Of a stretch of DNA of 63,382 bases, positions 58,806 to 63,382 are shown piece by piece (position 1 is the stretch's first letter; each line of letters starts with the position of its first letter). A model generated the notes under the pieces. The model did not search any database and had not been told where the DNA came from. It saw nothing but the letters and a program-made list of their open reading frames with translations. Source of the DNA: an uncultured Candidatus Actinomarina sp. (GTDB taxonomy: Bacteria; Actinomycetota; Acidimicrobiia; Actinomarinales; Actinomarinaceae); contig CACJIM010000006.1 in assembly GCA_902593475.1 (NCBI GenBank), positions 1-63,382 of the forward strand. The letters run 5' to 3'. The translations under genes and the position numbers were made by a program.

Positions 58806-59630
58806 TTAACTTTCTTGCTTTTCCTTAAGAACTTCTTTCGCAAATAAATCTTGTATCGTAACTAATAAAGGTGACTGCTCAAACACTTGATTATCAATCT
58901 TTGAAACAAATACTCCATGTTTAGCTGTAGACATTACAAAAACTGTATCAACTTTATAGAGTTCATCTATTGTCACTCTAGAAACAGATACTTGAATCTT
59001 GTCTTCCTCACCAAACTTCAATAAATACTGTCGAGTTATTGAATCTAAAATTCCCAAATCAAGATCTGGAACATAAACAACTTCATCCTTAATCCAGCCA
59101 ACACAAAAAGTTGGGCCTTCTAAAACTATGCCCTTATTATTGATAAGCAAGGCGTCTGTAAAACCGTCTCTAACTGCTTCTCTGGTTTGCTTTATGTTAT
59201 AAGCATAGGAAGTTGATTTTGAACCAACTATATTTTTACTATCAACTTCATAATCTCCACCGGCATGCCATGGAGCGGGTTGAGATTGCAATGTAAATTC
59301 TTCGGGTAAGTTTAATAATGGTTGATAAAAAGAATAAATTGTAAAATCGTCATCTGATTCATTTCTCAAGATTAAAACTCTCACATAGCCACTTTTATGG
59401 TTTGATGCTATTTTTAAGATATTGTTTTTTACCAAATTAAAATCTACATTGTCAAATAGTTGTTTTTTGCAAGACTGTTTTAACCTGTCTATATGTTTTT
59501 CTAACCCAAAGGGATAGTGGTCATGAATCTTCAAAGCTTCAAAGACCCCATCTCCTCTCCATACCGCTAAAGTTTCAACAGGTAAAGTAAATTCATCTTT
59601 TGTAACTTCCAAATCATTGATCAAATACAA
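58806..59630 (-). CDS. Class IV PLP aminotransferase-like protein (IlvE/PabC/Dat family)
   Basis: RGDGVFE, HIDRL, KSTSY, EGPT, GILDSITR. Confidence 0.88.
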   Translation of the reverse strand: MYLINDLEVTKDEFTLPVETLAVWRGDGVFEALKIHDHYPFGLEKHIDRLKQSCKKQLFDNVDFNLVKNNILKIASNHKSGYVRVLILRNESDDDFTIYSFYQPLLNLPEEFTLQSQPAPWHAGGDYEVDSKNIVGSKSTSYAYNIKQTREAVRDGFTDALLINNKGIVLEGPTFCVGWIKDEVVYVPDLDLGILDSITRQYLLKFGEEDKIQVSVSRVTIDELYKVDTVFVMSTAKHGVFVSKIDNQVFEQSPLLVTIQDLFAKEVLKEKQES

Positions 59631-59635
59631 AACGA

Positions 59636-61342
59636 TTATCCTCTTTCTCGAATATAGGTATTTGTAATTGGCATTCTTCTGTCTTTGCCAAATGCCTTTT
59701 CTGTTAATTTTACTCCTGGTGCAACTTGTTTTCTCTTATATTCGTTTCTATCGACTTTGGACAAAACATCATATACTATATTCTCATCGATCCCCGTAGA
59801 AATAATCTTCTCTGAAGAACTATCTTCTTCAATATACATACGTAAAATTTCATCAAGAAGTTCGTATTCGGGTAAAGAATCCTTATCAAATTGATCTGGT
59901 CTTAATTCTGCACTTGGTTCTTTATCGATTGTATTTTGAGGAATTACGCTTGAAATTGAATTTCTGAAATTTGCCAAGTTATAAACTTCAGTTTTATATA
60001 AATCTTTCAATAATGCAAAACCTCCTGCTAAATCACCATAAAGAGTTGAATAACCTACAGCCATTTCAGACTTATTACCTGTAGAAACAACCATAGCTCC
60101 AGTTTGGTTGGATAAAGCCATCAAAATATTACCCCTTACGCGGGATTGTATGTTTTCATCTGTTGTTTGTCCAAGTTCATCATTAACACTTTCCTTTAAT
60201 GTATTTCTAAAAATATTTACTATTTCTTCAATTTCTATAACTTTAAATTCTATATCAAGATTTTCTGCAAGTAACCTGGCGTCGACAAGAGACTCCTCTG
60301 TGTTGTATTTAGAGGGCAACGCTACACCTATAACATTATCGGATCCAAGAGAATCAACGGCAATAGTTGCAGTCAAAGCGGAGTCTATTCCTCCAGAGAG
60401 TCCTACTAGAACTTTTTCAAAGTTATTTTTACTAACGTAATCGAACAACCCTAATTTTAAAGCTGAGTACAGAGATTCATTTTTGGATAGAAGTTGAGCA
60501 GACTGTGGAAGATCTAGCTCAGATACTTTTTGCCTAATCTCCAGTATCGACCCTTTGGGCTGTTCCTTCACTTCCAAATCTAGATCGATATAGAATAACT
60601 CCTCTTCAAACTGTTGGGCTTGATAGATTATTTCCCCTTTACCATCTATAACAAATGAACCTCCATCAAAAACTAATTCGTCTTGACCACCAACCATGTT
60701 TAAGTAAATAATTGGCACGCCTAATTTTTTAGCCTGTTTGACAACGAGCTCTTTCCTCAAGTCAGTTTTATTTTGATCATAAGGAGAAGCGTTTATGTTA
60801 ATTATTAAAGATGCACCATTCTCTACTTGTTGTGATGAAGGGCCATCTTCAATCCATATATCTTCGCAAATACTGATTCCAATCCCAATATCTTCATACC
60901 AAAATACATTTCCTGGATTATTGCCTTTGGCAAAATACCTAGCTTCATCAAATACTGAGTAGTTTGGAAGGAAACACTTATGATAGATTCCTTTTACATC
61001 CCCGTTTTGAATTATTGCTGCCGCATTAGCAATATCTCTTTTTTGTTTGTCTGTATGGTTATCGTCCAGGTTTCTGTCAACAAAACCAACAACACCACTT
61101 GTTGAGCTAGAAAATTCAGCTAATTCTTCCAAAACAGCAAAGTTTTTACCAACAAAACTCTCTCTTAAAAGTAAATCTTCAGGTGGATATCCTGTAAGTG
61201 CTAATTCAGGAAAAATCAGGATATCTGCTTCTTTTTCTTCGGCTGCCTCAAAACAATCTAAAATAGTTTGCTTGTTTTTCTGTATAGCTCCTACTGGAAA
61301 TGACTTTTGGGCACCAGCTATTCGAATTGTTTTTTTATTCAC
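59636..61342 (-). CDS. nadE: Glutamine-dependent NAD+ synthetase
   Basis: FPELALTGYPPEDL, ICEDIW, GLSGGIDS, ENIQSR, TGNKSE, PSAEL. Confidence 0.96.
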   Translation of the reverse strand: MNKKTIRIAGAQKSFPVGAIQKNKQTILDCFEAAEEKEADILIFPELALTGYPPEDLLLRESFVGKNFAVLEELAEFSSSTSGVVGFVDRNLDDNHTDKQKRDIANAAAIIQNGDVKGIYHKCFLPNYSVFDEARYFAKGNNPGNVFWYEDIGIGISICEDIWIEDGPSSQQVENGASLIININASPYDQNKTDLRKELVVKQAKKLGVPIIYLNMVGGQDELVFDGGSFVIDGKGEIIYQAQQFEEELFYIDLDLEVKEQPKGSILEIRQKVSELDLPQSAQLLSKNESLYSALKLGLFDYVSKNNFEKVLVGLSGGIDSALTATIAVDSLGSDNVIGVALPSKYNTEESLVDARLLAENLDIEFKVIEIEEIVNIFRNTLKESVNDELGQTTDENIQSRVRGNILMALSNQTGAMVVSTGNKSEMAVGYSTLYGDLAGGFALLKDLYKTEVYNLANFRNSISSVIPQNTIDKEPSAELRPDQFDKDSLPEYELLDEILRMYIEEDSSSEKIISTGIDENIVYDVLSKVDRNEYKRKQVAPGVKLTEKAFGKDRRMPITNTYIRERG

Positions 61343-61368
61343 AATTTAATGATAGATGGGAAACTTGG

Positions 61369-61773
61369 TTATGAAGAAACCTTAATTTCTATATCTTTAG
61401 AGTCTTCGATCCAATTAGTAACTCTCTTTAGAGAGGGCATTCTGTCTACTATATTTCTCTTTAAATTAATTTTTGCCATTACTTCATGAAGTGATTCTGG
61501 ATTTCTTCTCTTTAATTCAGACACACTTTCTACTCCTGCGGCTTCAAGTAAGTCTGCATAGTCTCTTCCTAGGTTTTTAATTTTCATTAGTTCAGCACGT
61601 CTAGCCCAGTGCAGTAATTTAGGTGAACTTATTCCTGTTTCTTTTGTTAAGAGAGCCCTGCCTGACCTGGAAGAAGCGATTTGTAAAAAAGTTGTTGTTG
61701 TTCTGACTCTAGCTCTTCTTAATTTTGTAGCTTCGGTATGTGTCATACCATTTATAGAGTCAATTGAATTCAT
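61369..61773 (-). CDS. DUF4332-like HhH protein
   Basis: ELMKIKNLGRDYADLLEAAGVESV..LKRRNP..PS. Confidence 0.75.
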   Translation of the reverse strand: MNSIDSINGMTHTEATKLRRARVRTTTTFLQIASSRSGRALLTKETGISSPKLLHWARRAELMKIKNLGRDYADLLEAAGVESVSELKRRNPESLHEVMAKINLKRNIVDRMPSLKRVTNWIEDSKDIEIKVSS

Positions 61774-61836
61774 GTTTTAAATTTTACAAAATAAATTACA
61801 TAAAGAAACGATTTTTTTTAAGAGTTTTTCCCACTC

Positions 61837-62433
61837 TCAAAAATCTTTTTCCTCGTCATAATCAATAGGTTCTAAAAAATTAAAATTTAGTTTTTTGATT
61901 TCAATTTCTGACGAGATAAGAAAATCAACTAAATCAAAATCTTGAAATACTGATTTTTCTTCATCAATTTCATCGTCTTCCGTTATCAGTTCTAATTTCG
62001 TCCAAAATATTCTCGGAATTAAAATTGGAAATCCTAGTTTGTATCTATATTGAGGAACCAAAACCTTACTACCATCATGGTCATCGTTGTTGAGACCATC
62101 TATTACTTCAACTTCGACTTCTGGTTGGTCCCCAAGGAAAAAAATTATATTATTAATCTCTTTTTGATTTTGATAGAAAAATAAAGCTGTCCTAATTGAT
62201 GATGTGATACCCTCTGGCCAATTTTCATTAATAAGGATATTTGAGTTTTTAAAATCTATTTTTTCTGAAATTATTTCATTTTCAGACCCCAGCACTACAG
62301 AAGAGTTATCAAAATTAATGTTAACTTTATCAATTATTGCTTGGAGTAATGGTTTATCCCTAACTTCAGCTAACTGTTTAGGAAATCCCATTCTACTTGA
62401 GCTACCTGCGGCTAAAATTACTGCAGCATTCAA
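61837..62433 (-). CDS. MobA/MocA-like nucleotidyltransferase
   Basis: ILAAGSSSRMGFPKQL, NWPEG..SS, LGDQP, DYD. Confidence 0.85.
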   Translation of the reverse strand: MNAAVILAAGSSSRMGFPKQLAEVRDKPLLQAIIDKVNINFDNSSVVLGSENEIISEKIDFKNSNILINENWPEGITSSIRTALFFYQNQKEINNIIFFLGDQPEVEVEVIDGLNNDDHDGSKVLVPQYRYKLGFPILIPRIFWTKLELITEDDEIDEEKSVFQDFDLVDFLISSEIEIKKLNFNFLEPIDYDEEKDF

Positions 62434-62435
62434 AA

Positions 62436-63054
62436 CTATACTGATCCTAAAATTGAACCACCGAATGTTAGTGCAATGACAACAAGGACAACTTCAATAT
62501 TTCTTAATAAGTAAACCTGCTTTATGCCAGAGCCAAATGCAATTAGTGCGTAGATAGAAGTTATAAAAACTAATAATGCTTGTAGAAGTGGGTCTTGTAT
62601 AAACAACACAGGAAACACAAGTAGTCCTGGAACACTTGAAAAGAATGAAATTATAAGAAGATCAATTGGTTTTGGATCTTTTCTAAACAGAAATTTTAGA
62701 ATCAAAAAAACATATTACCAGTCCAACTACTGTTGTAACACTGGTTGATACGATTGATGAAATCAATACTGATGTAGTTGAATCTTGCTGAACAAAAATA
62801 ACAGATAATTCATCGATCAAAGACCTAAACATCTGAAACTCTTCTTCTGACATTTCACCTTGAAAAAGAACAATGTTGCTCTCAAGAAACTCGATCATTC
62901 CATTAAAAAATCTAAAAGCGCTTAAAGTAGTTAAGGTTGCAACTGCTAAATAAATTGCAATTCCCTTTTGCAACGCCCCGTTCAGGTTAAGGAGGTCATT
63001 ATATATATATTTATCAAGACGTAAAATTTTTGAGAATATTTGTCTTTCACTCAT
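62436..63054 (-). pseudogene. Yip1-like membrane protein gene split into two ORFs by a frameshift (real or assembly error)
   Basis: ORFs 62683-63054 and 62436-62705 overlap at a T7 tract (62704-62710); removing one T gives VVGLVICFLILKFLFRK, a continuous TM helix. Confidence 0.6.
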
Positions 63055-63085
63055 TTTTAATTTTTCCTTATTTAAAATCTATCTT

Positions 63086-63382
63086 ATGACTATAACAAAA
63101 ATTATTTCCTACTTTATAACTCTTTCTATGGCTGGAGTGATATTTTGGGCACAAGGAGAGGTCACAATTTTTGACTCGCCAATTCCTGATTTACCTTGGG
63201 GTATTGTTTCATTAGTTGATCTTTACTCTGGATTTGTTTTGTTTAGTCTTTGGATTTTCTACAAAGAGAATGTTTTGCCGGCTATAGTATGGACATTTTT
63301 TGTTATGACTTTAGGAAGCTTTACAATTGCTTTATATGTTATTTACAGTATTAATAAGTCTGATGGAAATATTCAGAAATTT
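63086..63382 (+). CDS. DUF1475-like small membrane protein (runs off window; absent from ORF track)
   Basis: Manual translation MTITKIISYFITLSMAGVIFWA..PWGIVSLVDLYSGFVLFSLWIFYKE..LGSFTIALY. Confidence 0.7.
   Translation, partial: MTITKIISYFITLSMAGVIFWAQGEVTIFDSPIPDLPWGIVSLVDLYSGFVLFSLWIFYKENVLPAIVWTFFVMTLGSFTIALYVIYSINKSDGNIQKF

Noticed and set aside
1-63382. Genome-wide UGA reassignment (genetic code 4 or 25)
   Set aside because: Many genes end at TGA (ATGA overlaps) at their expected C-termini and Trp is TGG; only selD has an internal TGA at a conserved site.
1-63382. CRISPR arrays, IS elements, rRNA, long repeats
   Set aside because: Intergenic gaps are too short and none were seen by eye; a self-dotplot would confirm.

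Overview
Densely packed, visibly AT-rich bacterial chromosome segment with no mobile element, CRISPR array or rRNA. Intergenic gaps are tiny and many genes overlap or abut. It most likely comes from a streamlined marine Actinomycetota genome (Ca. Actinomarinales-like). This is an inference from the F420-type LLM oxidoreductase, hppA/topA/MFS-tmk/holB clustering, the PimB'-like mannosyltransferase, pervasive leaderless promoters, a Na+-type PPase and a (6-4) photolyase. Core content: metX-metY-metK, topA, tmk, holB, leuCD, ald, tldD/pmbA, a sigma70, hflX, gnd, pepN, lgt, a caa3-type oxidase cluster, aceA, nadE and selD. Features the ORF track misses or mis-calls: (1) a selenocysteine trait, with a UCA-anticodon tRNA-Sec (32183-32274, atypical acceptor/T junction) and a SelD with in-frame UGA (true start 58795) coupled to a hydrolase and a GT4 glycosyltransferase; (2) two SAM-I/IV riboswitches with co-varying pseudoknots; (3) a divergent GroES-like protein apparently lacking the roof, between tRNA-Sec and hflX; (4) a doubly anchored cupredoxin/beta-helix lipoprotein; (5) an IDO-like dioxygenase coupled to alanine dehydrogenase; (6) an Fe-S-free (6-4) photolyase; (7) a membrane-protein gene split at a T7 tract. 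All family calls come from motif recognition by eye; no searches were run.
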